A DNA stretch of 64,000 nucleotides from an uncultured Bacteroides sp. (GTDB lineage: Bacteria > Bacteroidota > Bacteroidia > Bacteroidales > GCA-2748055): NCBI GenBank assembly GCA_964467775.1, contig CAYXUD010000117.1, positions 6,873 to 70,872 on the forward strand. Reading direction: 5' to 3'. The position numbers were made by a program, and so were the translations under genes. The notes beneath the pieces were generated by a model. It made no database searches, had not been told where the DNA came from, and saw only the letters and a list, made by a program, of their open reading frames with translations. Of this stretch, positions 19,004 to 27,635 are shown piece by piece (the stretch's first letter is position 1; every line of letters begins with the position of its first letter).

Positions 19004-19489
19004 TTACATCTGAAGTGTGACCTTCTTGCTGGGATAGTTTTTGTACTGGATCAGAAGCCCCAGGCAGCCCAGGTTTCCTTTGATCTCCTCCTCGTTTGAT
19101 TCCCTGGCAAGTACATCCACCTTTATTATCAGGGATTTGGTCACATCAAATCCGAGTCCGATTGATTCAAGGTATTTGTCCTCTTCATTATCATAGAGTA
19201 CCTGCATGGTCTGCTGGTCAATCAGGACAAAATGAATGGGATACATCTTTTTATGGGTGCAGAAGGAGAGGATGTAATCCTTCTGCCCGTAGAAAACTAC
19301 ATTCAACACAATGGTGTCCAGGGGACTCATGGTGACGGAGTGGGACTGGCTGTATATCTTGAATCCTTTCTGAATGTCGTACCTGCAATCTCCTTCGGTG
19401 TGGTGGTTTTCACAATTTTGTGAAATGAGCCGGCCAGGAAGAATGAGGAAGAGTGCGGCAAGAAAATGAATATATATCGTTCTTTTCAT
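19004..19489 (-). CDS. Hypothetical secreted protein
   Basis: 161 aa. Signal peptide MKRTIYIHFLAALFLILPGRLISQ and four Cys residues. No recognisable domain. Confidence 0.55.
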   Translation of the reverse strand: MKRTIYIHFLAALFLILPGRLISQNCENHHTEGDCRYDIQKGFKIYSQSHSVTMSPLDTIVLNVVFYGQKDYILSFCTHKKMYPIHFVLIDQQTMQVLYDNEEDKYLESIGLGFDVTKSLIIKVDVLARESNEEEIKGNLGCLGLLIQYKNYPSKKVTLQM

Positions 19490-19507
19490 CGTTGCACCGA
19501 ATAAGCA

Positions 19508-20437
19508 TTAACCTTCTGTCATCTTTGTTCTCAGTTCAATGACTGCTTCCCTGAGTTTCCGGAAGTCCTCCTCAGTCAGGCTTGGCTGGCTGTTTTCCCC
19601 GGATCCCCCGATCACCAGTTTCTTTGGCTGATCACCCTCCTCAGCTTTCTCAGTCTTCACAGAGACCTTACCAGATCCGGGCTGGATGCCATCGTAGATG
19701 TTCTTGATCTTCTTCAGATCCTCGATGGTTGATGCCACATTCGGATCATCTCCTTTCACATTCTCCGCAAAGGTCATGAAATTGTCGATGGTGTATTTCT
19801 GATCGGCCAGGTGCTGAAGCAGTTGGCCCGCCATGCCATAGTCATCGATCAGGTGAACAGCCAGGTAGAGGCTCTCGGTAAACGCTCCGGCAGAGAGCAT
19901 GACCACCGTGTTGGATCTGTCATTCTGCTCGCAGTAATTAAGGATGTTTATAAAGGCTTCGTTGGAGATATTGTAGAGTGAATCCAGGAATTCAACATTA
20001 TTCTTAGCCTTGTTGATCATGGCATCATCCACCGCCTTGTCTATCTGTATATCTTCCGCTAACGATTTGACCGTTTCCAGGTAATCGAGCGTTGCTTCAT
20101 GCCGTCCGAAGAGCGCCGCGTAGGCCAGGTCTGTCATGTATACCCCGAGAATATAAGACCTGGACCTGGTATCCAGGTATTTGTCAGCCGCGCCGACAGG
20201 ATTCAGAAGAGTTTCATCATAGGTCATCTCGGTCATGTCAATGATGCTGAGCATCTCTGCCGGTGATGGATAGAGATGATAGATCTGGCTGAACGACTCT
20301 ATGCCTCCTGCCGCTCCTGTATCCTCCATATCACCGATCAGTTTCGGCGTCCCCCTGTTGCCCGACTGGCAACCACCGGCCATGATCATGGCCATCAGGA
20401 AGACCACGGGTACCATTGCAAGATTCCTTTTTCTCAT
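19508..20437 (-). CDS. Hypothetical helical lipoprotein
   Basis: Likely start at ATG 20437 (MRKRNLAMVPVVFLMAMIMAGGC, a lipobox); the ORF extends to 20500. Predominantly helical-looking sequence with no recognisable domain. Confidence 0.6.
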   Translation of the reverse strand: MRKRNLAMVPVVFLMAMIMAGGCQSGNRGTPKLIGDMEDTGAAGGIESFSQIYHLYPSPAEMLSIIDMTEMTYDETLLNPVGAADKYLDTRSRSYILGVYMTDLAYAALFGRHEATLDYLETVKSLAEDIQIDKAVDDAMINKAKNNVEFLDSLYNISNEAFINILNYCEQNDRSNTVVMLSAGAFTESLYLAVHLIDDYGMAGQLLQHLADQKYTIDNFMTFAENVKGDDPNVASTIEDLKKIKNIYDGIQPGSGKVSVKTEKAEEGDQPKKLVIGGSGENSQPSLTEEDFRKLREAVIELRTKMTEG

Positions 20438-20504
20438 ATGATCCGATATTTCATTCCTTACGATAATCCAATTTATAACAAAAAATCGAGTTGTGCCCAA
20501 GGAT

Positions 20505-23500
20505 CTAGCTCTTTCTCCTCAGATCCCCGAAAAAAACAATGACCCTTCTCAGCACACTGTACCTTAAAAGGAGATAGAGTACAATAGTCATGGCCCATAT
20601 AGCCATTGTGTTGAAGGCAAGCGTTGAATAATAACGGTTCCCTACCTTCTTCAGGGAAGCGAAGAAATGGGCACGCCCGTTCTTTTTCAGGGGATATATG
20701 TAGACAGGATCCATCTTCCTGAGCAGAACGCCGTCCTTTTTCACGATCTTTCGCAGATCTGTCCTGTTCAGCACAAGATCTGCAAGCTGTTCATTGTGAT
20801 AACTCCTTTTCAGGTGCAGGTAGTTTTCAAGTCCCCCTGCTTCCTTTTTCAGGGAGTCCACGAGGGCATCCATTTCCAGCGAGATCCTGTCCCGGTGGGA
20901 ATTGAGTGCCGCCTGGTATTGACGTAACCACCGGATGGCGTTTTTCCCGGCAGTTGCAGTGAACCGTCCCGGGGAGATCTGGCCGAGCCCCGGATACGGC
21001 TCTGCCAGGAAGATGGAGGAAAGGGCCGTCGAAATGGTATTCAGCCGGTCATCCAGGCCGTCATCGCCGGGATCATCCATATAAACCGACAATGCATCCT
21101 CGGTCTCCTGGATGATGGCGGGTACCAGGAATTGCATGTCGTAGGTGACATTGCTCTCGAGCATCTCCAGTGCATAGAGCTCCTTCTGGTAGGCATTGCG
21201 GGTAAACTGTGTAACTGCAAGGGCTTCATAAGCCCACCGGCTGGCCATTATGTCCCCTGAAACAGGCACTGCCTGGTGTGAGGCAAATCTGTAGTGGAGT
21301 TTGTCGAATTTAACAATGACACCTGCCAGGAGGATCTGGGGCACCAGGAGGAAGGGTACAATGACATAAATGGCAACCACAGACTTCAGTCCGTCCGAAA
21401 TGTTCAGTCCGAGAAGGTTGGCAAAACACGCCGTGGAGAACAGGACCAGCCAGTAGGTAACAGTCATTCCTTTTATCTCCATGATCAGGTTCCCGATCAG
21501 GACGAACATCAGCATCTGGATACCGGAGAGGATAAAGAGCAGGGATATCTTGGAAAGCAGGTAGGAACTCCTGCTCAGGTTGAGGAAAGTTTCCCTCTGC
21601 TGGATCCTCCGGTCTTTAATAATCTCCTCGGCTGCAATGATCAGTCCCAGGAAAAGTGCCACAACCACGCTCATGAAGAGGTAAGCGGGCAAATTCTCAT
21701 TCATGCTGAAAACATAGCGGTGAGGATCGGTTTCATCACCGGCCACGTACTTCGAGAAATACCCCAGGATGAGAGCAAGCAAAGGCGCCACGAACAGGGT
21801 AATGGACATGAACTGGCGGTCGGCTATTTTTGAGAGCAGGTTGCGCCGGAAGAAGATCAGGAATTGCCTGAACGCCCCGGGGACCATGAAATTACTACCG
21901 GGAATCGTGCTCTTTTCAAGATCCAGTTCCATTTTGGATTCGATCTTCTCCTGGTAGTGCTGATACCATTCGGAAGGAGAGGTTTTCCGCCTCGAGGCAA
22001 AAGCGCCGTATTCGTCCACATCACGGGCCTCGATCACATTGAGGATATCATCCGGGTTGGTATTGCCACAGACGGCACATTCACTTTCGGAAGCATCCAC
22101 CCTTTCGGCCAGTTGCTTGAAATAGGTAATCCCGTCAATGGGATTTCCCGAGTAGACCGGATAACCTCCCCGGTCGAGTACCAGCAGGTGGTCAAATTGT
22201 TTAAAGAGCTCGGATGAGGGCTGGTGAATGGTCGAAAAAACCAGCTTGCCCTTCAAAGCCTGCTCCTTGAGCAGGGCCACCACATTCTCCGAGTCGGTGG
22301 ACGAAAGGCCGGAAGTGGGTTCATCCACGAACAGCACATGGGGTTCCCTGATGAGCTCCAGAGCGATGTTCAGCCTTTTTCGCTGGCCCCCGCTGATGTA
22401 TTTATCCAGGGGGGATCCCACCTTCAGGTCACGGGCCTCGTACAGGTCCAGGTCCTTCAGGACGGTGGCCACCATCTCCTCGATCTGCCGGGCACTATAG
22501 CCGTCCAGGCACAGCCTGGCATTGAAATGGAGGTTCTGGTAGACGGTAAGCTCCTCGATCAGGAGGTCATCCTGCGGTATATAGCCGATGATCCCCTCCA
22601 GCTCCTTTTTTTCGAACCGCAGGTTGTGCCCGTTGATATAGATCCCCCCTGCATGAGGCTTCAGGCTTCCGTTCAGCAACTTCAGCAGGGTCGATTTACC
22701 GGTCCCGCTGCCACCGATGATCCCCACCAGCTGGCCCGAACTTCCCTGGAAACTGAACGGCTGGATACCGTTGGTTGAATTTTTGAAATGGTACTCGATC
22801 TCCCTGGCACAATAATGAATTGCATCTCCTTCGGCGTAGAGGATATAACCGGCAACGATATCCGAATAATAGATGGGTGAGATACCCTCGCCCCTGATGG
22901 AACTGCCACGGGGGAGCAGGTAGACAAGACGGGGGAATATATATTTCCCGTTGCTTTCCAGCCTGGCCTTTCCCACGTACTGATATAGATAGATATCAGC
23001 ACGGGGGATCCTGAGAACAAAGATCTGTCCCGTGATATTGTCCTTTTGAAGGTGGCGGATCTCTCCCTCCATAAACTCTTTGTCATCGCTGACGATAAGC
23101 AGATCCTCCTTTCCCGGGACGTTGAAGAATTTGTCCCTGATGAAGGCCGAGCAATTGTCAAATTCCTCTTCGGAGATCAGCAAACCCTCGGCCACGGTCC
23201 GGACCACATCCGAAACGGTATTTGAAAATTCAGATCCGGAAACCGAGCCCTCAGAGAAATATTCTGTGAACCTGATCAGGCTCAGCATGATCATAAACCG
23301 GTGGGTGATGTGCAGCTCTTCAACGATTTTGTTGCATATCCCCAGGATCTTCACCGACAAGGCCGAGATCTTCTTTCCCCTGCTCCCCTTCTCGCTGCTT
23401 TCCAGCTCGCGTACATAATCATCAAAGATCAGCAGATATTTATCTGCAAGCCTGCGGCTGAACTGCTGGATCAGGAATGATTCAACAAAGTTCCGGGCGA

Positions 23501-23579
23501 GGATATGCAGCGCTCCCTTGTTGATGCTCACCATGATGGCAAACAGGCGCATCAGGGAGTTGAGCATCGACTCATTCAT
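20505..23579 (-). CDS. Fused ABC transporter (ABCG/White-like ATPase + ABC-2 permease) with a ~280-aa N-terminal extension and a ~250-aa C-terminal extension
   Basis: 1024 aa. Walker A GGSGTGKST, signature ISGGQRKRL, Walker B LFVDEPTSGLS, H-loop TIHQPS, then a 6-TM ABC-2-like region, a long soluble segment and a final TM helix. The N-terminus is helical (TerB-like by eye), followed by a possible FHA-like beta segment. The start codon overlaps the stop of the upstream gene (ATGAATGA). Confidence 0.85.
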   Translation of the reverse strand: MNESMLNSLMRLFAIMVSINKGALHILARNFVESFLIQQFSRRLADKYLLIFDDYVRELESSEKGSRGKKISALSVKILGICNKIVEELHITHRFMIMLSLIRFTEYFSEGSVSGSEFSNTVSDVVRTVAEGLLISEEEFDNCSAFIRDKFFNVPGKEDLLIVSDDKEFMEGEIRHLQKDNITGQIFVLRIPRADIYLYQYVGKARLESNGKYIFPRLVYLLPRGSSIRGEGISPIYYSDIVAGYILYAEGDAIHYCAREIEYHFKNSTNGIQPFSFQGSSGQLVGIIGGSGTGKSTLLKLLNGSLKPHAGGIYINGHNLRFEKKELEGIIGYIPQDDLLIEELTVYQNLHFNARLCLDGYSARQIEEMVATVLKDLDLYEARDLKVGSPLDKYISGGQRKRLNIALELIREPHVLFVDEPTSGLSSTDSENVVALLKEQALKGKLVFSTIHQPSSELFKQFDHLLVLDRGGYPVYSGNPIDGITYFKQLAERVDASESECAVCGNTNPDDILNVIEARDVDEYGAFASRRKTSPSEWYQHYQEKIESKMELDLEKSTIPGSNFMVPGAFRQFLIFFRRNLLSKIADRQFMSITLFVAPLLALILGYFSKYVAGDETDPHRYVFSMNENLPAYLFMSVVVALFLGLIIAAEEIIKDRRIQQRETFLNLSRSSYLLSKISLLFILSGIQMLMFVLIGNLIMEIKGMTVTYWLVLFSTACFANLLGLNISDGLKSVVAIYVIVPFLLVPQILLAGVIVKFDKLHYRFASHQAVPVSGDIMASRWAYEALAVTQFTRNAYQKELYALEMLESNVTYDMQFLVPAIIQETEDALSVYMDDPGDDGLDDRLNTISTALSSIFLAEPYPGLGQISPGRFTATAGKNAIRWLRQYQAALNSHRDRISLEMDALVDSLKKEAGGLENYLHLKRSYHNEQLADLVLNRTDLRKIVKKDGVLLRKMDPVYIYPLKKNGRAHFFASLKKVGNRYYSTLAFNTMAIWAMTIVLYLLLRYSVLRRVIVFFGDLRRKS

Positions 23580-24681
23580 GGGGAAAGACCATTTTCAGCT
23601 GCCCCCTGCCGTCATCGCTCCTTTGAAAGATCAGGTGGCCTCCGTGTGCTTCCATGATCATCTGGGATACGGCCAGACCTATTCCCATGGTGAGGTTCAG
23701 AGGGGCATCCTTTTCCGAAAAATGACTGGCCAGCAGTTCCCACAGAGGTTCGGTATAGTTCTTGCCCTGGTCCTCCACCCGGCAGGCATGGGTTCCGTTA
23801 TGGGAGCCGGCTTCCACCCGGATCTCCCCGTTGGGTTCGGTATGTTCACGCGCAAACCGGATCAGGTTCACAAGACAGCTCACCAGCAATCCGGAATCAC
23901 CTTCAACCTCATGATCCTGTGATGCCTGGTTTCTTTTCAGGCTGATCCCCTGTTCTTTTAACTCTTCACTCGATTCAATGGCACCGAACTGTATGACCTG
24001 TTTCAGTGAAACCCTGCTCTTTTTCAACTGGTAGCCAGGTGATTTCAGAACAGAGATCTGCCGGGCGAGCAAGGAGAACTGTTCCAGTTTAAATACGGAA
24101 TGATCCAGGATATTCACTACTTCGGTCAGTTCATCCCCCTCTATTTTGGTCTTCAGAAGGTGCAGCGTCCCCATGATCCGGTTCAGCGGATTGCTGATCT
24201 CATTGCTGATCGAATTGATGATCTCCGATTTCAGGCCATCCATGTTGAGCAGTTCCGCGTTTGCCTTTTCAAGCTCCTCGAGGATCTGCCGGTTCTTCTT
24301 CCTCAGGTGGTAAACCTCGAGGGAGCTGTTGATGGAGTGCCTGATCTCCATGGCGTCCATCGGTTTTTTAATATAGCCATGAACCCGCCCCTTGTTGATG
24401 GCCTCGATGACAGTTTCAACATCGGTGTATGCCGTTAAGAGGTATCTCCGGATATCGGGGTATTTCTCGGCAACGGTCTCGAGCAGCTCCGTCCCGCTCA
24501 TTTCGGGCATACGCTGGTCGGAGACAAGCACCTGGACCTCCCTTTCTTCAAGGATCCTGAGTGCCTCAGCGGGGGACTCGGTCAGGATGAGGTCGAAATC
24601 ATTCTTGAAAGTCGCTTCAAACAACTTCAAGTTCATGGGCAGATCATCCACATAAAGCACAGCTGGCTTGTCCTGGGCCAT
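23572..24681 (-). CDS. Response-regulator receiver fused to a degenerate HisKA/HATPase-like core (pseudo-histidine kinase)
   Basis: 369 aa. The REC domain is intact (VDD..., VSDQRMPEMSG, LLTAY, IKKP). The H-box aligns as SISNEISNPLNRIMG with Asn where the phospho-acceptor His is expected. The N-box reads NLIRFAREHT (key Asn replaced by Phe). G1 reads VEDQGKN. G2 (MGIGLAV) is retained. Confidence 0.8.
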   Translation of the reverse strand: MAQDKPAVLYVDDLPMNLKLFEATFKNDFDLILTESPAEALRILEEREVQVLVSDQRMPEMSGTELLETVAEKYPDIRRYLLTAYTDVETVIEAINKGRVHGYIKKPMDAMEIRHSINSSLEVYHLRKKNRQILEELEKANAELLNMDGLKSEIINSISNEISNPLNRIMGTLHLLKTKIEGDELTEVVNILDHSVFKLEQFSLLARQISVLKSPGYQLKKSRVSLKQVIQFGAIESSEELKEQGISLKRNQASQDHEVEGDSGLLVSCLVNLIRFAREHTEPNGEIRVEAGSHNGTHACRVEDQGKNYTEPLWELLASHFSEKDAPLNLTMGIGLAVSQMIMEAHGGHLIFQRSDDGRGQLKMVFPHE

Positions 24682-24715
24682 ATTGTGAAAAGATAAAGGG
24701 TTGAATAGCTTATAC

Positions 24716-24723
24716 CAAATATA
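24716..24723 (-). promoter_or_regulatory. Candidate Bacteroidota -7 promoter box (TAnnTTTG) for the REC/ABC operon
   Basis: The minus strand reads TATATTTG, about 35 nt upstream of the ATG at 24681. There is no good -33 TTTG at canonical spacing. Confidence 0.35.
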
Positions 24724-24787
24724 GGCATTTTTGGCAACCCCGGATAATGAAGAGGTGCCCCGGAATGTTAAAAAGCTGCAATGATAT

Positions 24788-24821
24788 CAACAAAACAAAA
24801 GGCCGGGAGGAGATCCCGGCC
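24788..24821 (-). terminator. Rho-independent terminator of the 24892..25713 gene
   Basis: The minus strand reads GGCCGGGA-tctcc-TCCCGGCC (8-bp GC stem), immediately followed by TTTTGTTTTGTTG. Confidence 0.7.
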
Positions 24822-24891
24822 TGAAGGTATGTGCGCCAGATCCTGTAAGATCCTGCCAGATCCTGGCAGGAACGGCCGCATCTGGCAAAGG

Positions 24892-25713
24892 CTACTCGAA
24901 ATAGGTGATGGTCCGTTCCTCAATGATGACCTGTCCTTCTGAGGATGTTCCGGTAACCCGGATCCAGTTATTCATATCATCGTATTCATATTCATACTCC
25001 GACACATATTCCTTGCCTTCCTTGTCAATAAGCACCTGCCTGGACATGTAACCCATATCGTTGTAAGTGTATTGTTGTTCAAAGGCCTTTTCACCCTCCT
25101 TGTTGTAGAAGGTGTAGCCGGTCCTGCGGCCATCCTGGTTCACGGTGAAAATGAACTTGGTGGTCGGATCGCCTTTATAGTCCATAAACCGCCACTCCAG
25201 GAAATTCCCCTGGTCATCGGATAACATCTGGGCACTCAATGCCAGGGTATCCACCGGCATCCGGAATTGTTCAACCTTGACCAGGTGACCGGCTTCATCG
25301 TAAGAGAGCAGGGCATAGTTCCGCACGGTGTCATTTTTCGTGTAAACACTCTTCACGATCTTTCCATCCTCCACGGTCTGCTGGTTCGATTCGATGACTT
25401 CATCGTTCTCGTCGATCAGGGCTGATTCAATCAGGTTGCCATCCTCGTTGTAAGTCAGACTGAAATCGTTGGTCCATCCGATGGTATCCCTGGCAGCCAC
25501 CGTCAGGCGCTCACCCTTGATGATCTTCCCGTCCTGCTCGACGCCCAGGAAATTCCTTTCAATCACTGTTTTCACCTTTCCGTTCAATGTCTCCGGGAAA
25601 AAGTTGTAGGGGGTGAACAGCCCGATTTCTACCTGGTGGACCTCAGGTTCGGGCTGCGGGCAGCCGGTGGCAAGTATCATTACCACAAAAAGCATTGGGA
25701 TCAGTTTTTTCAT
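24892..25713 (-). CDS. Hypothetical lipoprotein with repeated Y-x-Y-D/N-x-x-G-x-L-like beta-hairpin motifs
   Basis: 273 aa. Lipobox MKKLIPMLFVVMILATGC. Repeats such as LTYNEDGNLIES, LSYDEAGHLVKV and YTYNDMGYMSRQ resemble MORN/YwqK-like or YD-like repeats. Confidence 0.6.
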   Translation of the reverse strand: MKKLIPMLFVVMILATGCPQPEPEVHQVEIGLFTPYNFFPETLNGKVKTVIERNFLGVEQDGKIIKGERLTVAARDTIGWTNDFSLTYNEDGNLIESALIDENDEVIESNQQTVEDGKIVKSVYTKNDTVRNYALLSYDEAGHLVKVEQFRMPVDTLALSAQMLSDDQGNFLEWRFMDYKGDPTTKFIFTVNQDGRRTGYTFYNKEGEKAFEQQYTYNDMGYMSRQVLIDKEGKEYVSEYEYEYDDMNNWIRVTGTSSEGQVIIEERTITYFE

Positions 25714-25863
25714 TGCAAAAAGGATTGGTTTGGTGCAGCAAGTTACTACTTAATTCATCTCCAGTCAAATAAATAACGGGAAGAAGATGTTTTGAACCTG
25801 TTTCTGTTTCACTGGAATTCCTTATCTTGCTGCCCGGAAAACCAATAAAAAATCGATACATTG

Positions 25864-26250
25864 ATGAAAAGACCGGTCCTGATCCCCGTTCTCGCCGGGT
25901 GTGCCTCTCTTCTGTTTCTGGCCTTCGTTATTAAACCTGTCCCCGGACCTGCCTTCCCGGAGGAGGTGGAAAAAACGCTGAAGAGATCCTGTTTTGACTG
26001 CCACTCGAATGATGCATCCAACAAGAGGGCGCCTGTAATGCTTAATTTCGATAAATGGGATGATTATAAGGTTACCAAGAAGATTTCCAAACTGGCGGCT
26101 ATCTGTGAGGTGGTGGATGGCGGTAAGATGCCTCCGGCGAAGTTCCTGAAATCAAATCCTGACAAGGCGCTGTCTGATTCACAGAAAGAGATGATCTGTG
26201 ACTGGGCAGGGGAGGAGTCGGATAAACTGACGGAAGGCATTGATGAGTAG
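25864..26250 (+). CDS. Single-heme Haem_bd-like protein (CxxCH)
   Basis: About 128 aa. N-terminal TM/signal sequence and a single CFDCHS motif, followed by ...KWDDY...KLAAICEVVDGGKMPP, typical of heme-binding-domain (PF14376-like) proteins. ATG at 25864 (TTG at 25861). Confidence 0.7.
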   Translation: MKRPVLIPVLAGCASLLFLAFVIKPVPGPAFPEEVEKTLKRSCFDCHSNDASNKRAPVMLNFDKWDDYKVTKKISKLAAICEVVDGGKMPPAKFLKSNPDKALSDSQKEMICDWAGEESDKLTEGIDE

Positions 26251-26719
26251 GGCGCTTAAAATTGCAGGCCTGGTCATCATTGTGGGATTCATCATCCTGC
26301 AGTTCTTTCAGCCTGAAAGGAACCTGGATGCGATCGAAACGGAAAATGACCTTCTGGGCAGTATCCAGGCACCCGATACGGTGGCTTCTGTTTTGAGGAA
26401 TTCCTGCTACGACTGTCATTCCAATTCCACAGATTACCCATGGTACAGCAATATATCACCGGTATCCTGGTTTTTGGACATGCATATAAGAAGAGGGAAA
26501 GAGAAGCTGAACATGGGTGAGTTCGGACTGCTGGAAAAGCGCCGGAAAGTCAGTGCCCTTTCGGAAATATGCGAGGTGGTTGAGTCGGGAAGCATGCCTT
26601 TAAAGAGTTACCAGGTGATGCACAGCAAGGCAAGGATCAGTGAACGGGAAGTTGAATCGGTCTGCGGCTGGGCAGAATCAGCTGCTTTGCGGATCCTCAG
26701 GGAAGGGCCATCGCAGTAG
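26243..26719 (+). CDS. Single-heme Haem_bd-like protein (paralogue of the preceding gene)
   Basis: About 158 aa. N-terminal TM helix, then CYDCHSNSTDYPWYSNISPVSWFLDMHIRRGKEKLN...LSEICEVVESGSMP. The ATG overlaps the stop of the upstream gene (ATGAGTAG). Confidence 0.75.
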   Translation: MSRALKIAGLVIIVGFIILQFFQPERNLDAIETENDLLGSIQAPDTVASVLRNSCYDCHSNSTDYPWYSNISPVSWFLDMHIRRGKEKLNMGEFGLLEKRRKVSALSEICEVVESGSMPLKSYQVMHSKARISEREVESVCGWAESAALRILREGPSQ

Positions 26720-26943
26720 GGACCATCACTGCATTTTTTGACGGACTGACTGATAATGGAGAGAAAATCATCAGGTAGCCTGTCAAATGATCATCATTTC
26801 GCATATTCTGAAACAGATTCCATGTCATTGAATTCAGGCGATTGGTAAAAAAGGGACTGTTAAATTCACAGGATATGCCCATGAAATAAGGAATTAAGCC
26901 TATTTTTATGGTAAAGATCAAGTGTAATTAAAATCTGAAAACC

Positions 26944-27495
26944 ATGAAAAAAATATTTAGCATTATCCTTCCGGTGGCTATCATATCCATGCTGCTGGCA
27001 TCCTGCGATTCCATCGAGAGCCTATTTGACGTGGATTTTAAGACCACCCTCAGCGGAGACCTGAATATCAATGTCCAGGAGCCCGGGAAGAAGGCTGCCG
27101 AAGCTTATCCCTTTGACACACTTGTATATATAGATCCCGCGGATGATGAGGAAATCCAGGAGTATCTCGAAAAGATCGTCAACGTTACTGCGGACAGCAT
27201 CATTGCCGAGGTGGTGAGTGTGAACAAGGATGATGTGGTCTTCCTTTCCGGCACCTCAATCACCATCAGTGGTGATGAGAGCAGTGCGACATGGACCATC
27301 ATGAATGACTGGCCCATTGTTGTGGGGACCACCGTCAAACTGGAAGATGTCGGTGGGCTTTACGATGTCGTATCGGATATCCTGACCAATTTGACGGAGT
27401 TCGAGGTCAGTATTACGGGGACATGCTCACAAACAGGTGTTACTGTAACCATCAGGATCGATATCGATACGACCGTTACGGGGAACCCGCTCTGA
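26944..27495 (+). CDS. Hypothetical lipoprotein
   Basis: 183 aa. Lipobox MKKIFSIILPVAIISMLLASC. Acidic, beta-rich sequence with no recognisable domain. Confidence 0.55.
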   Translation: MKKIFSIILPVAIISMLLASCDSIESLFDVDFKTTLSGDLNINVQEPGKKAAEAYPFDTLVYIDPADDEEIQEYLEKIVNVTADSIIAEVVSVNKDDVVFLSGTSITISGDESSATWTIMNDWPIVVGTTVKLEDVGGLYDVVSDILTNLTEFEVSITGTCSQTGVTVTIRIDIDTTVTGNPL

Positions 27496-27557
27496 TCCTC
27501 CCTTCATACCGTTTTTTGGATGATTCCCGGCAGGCGGGATTCAGCGGACGGCTTTTG

Positions 27558-27630
27558 AGCCACTCACGGGACTCGAACCCGCGACCTGTTCATTACGAAT
27601 GAACTGCTCTACCAGCTGAGCTAAAGTGGC
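27558..27630 (-). tRNA. tRNA-Thr (anticodon CGU)
   Basis: Hand-folded reverse complement: GCCACTT-TA-GCTC-AGCTGGTA-GAGC-A-GTTCA-TTCGTAA-TGAAC-AGGTC-GCGGG-TTCGAGT-CCCGT-GAGTGGC-T. This gives a 7-bp acceptor, a canonical T-loop and anticodon CGT. CCA is not encoded. Confidence 0.9.
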
Positions 27631-27635
27631 CTTGG

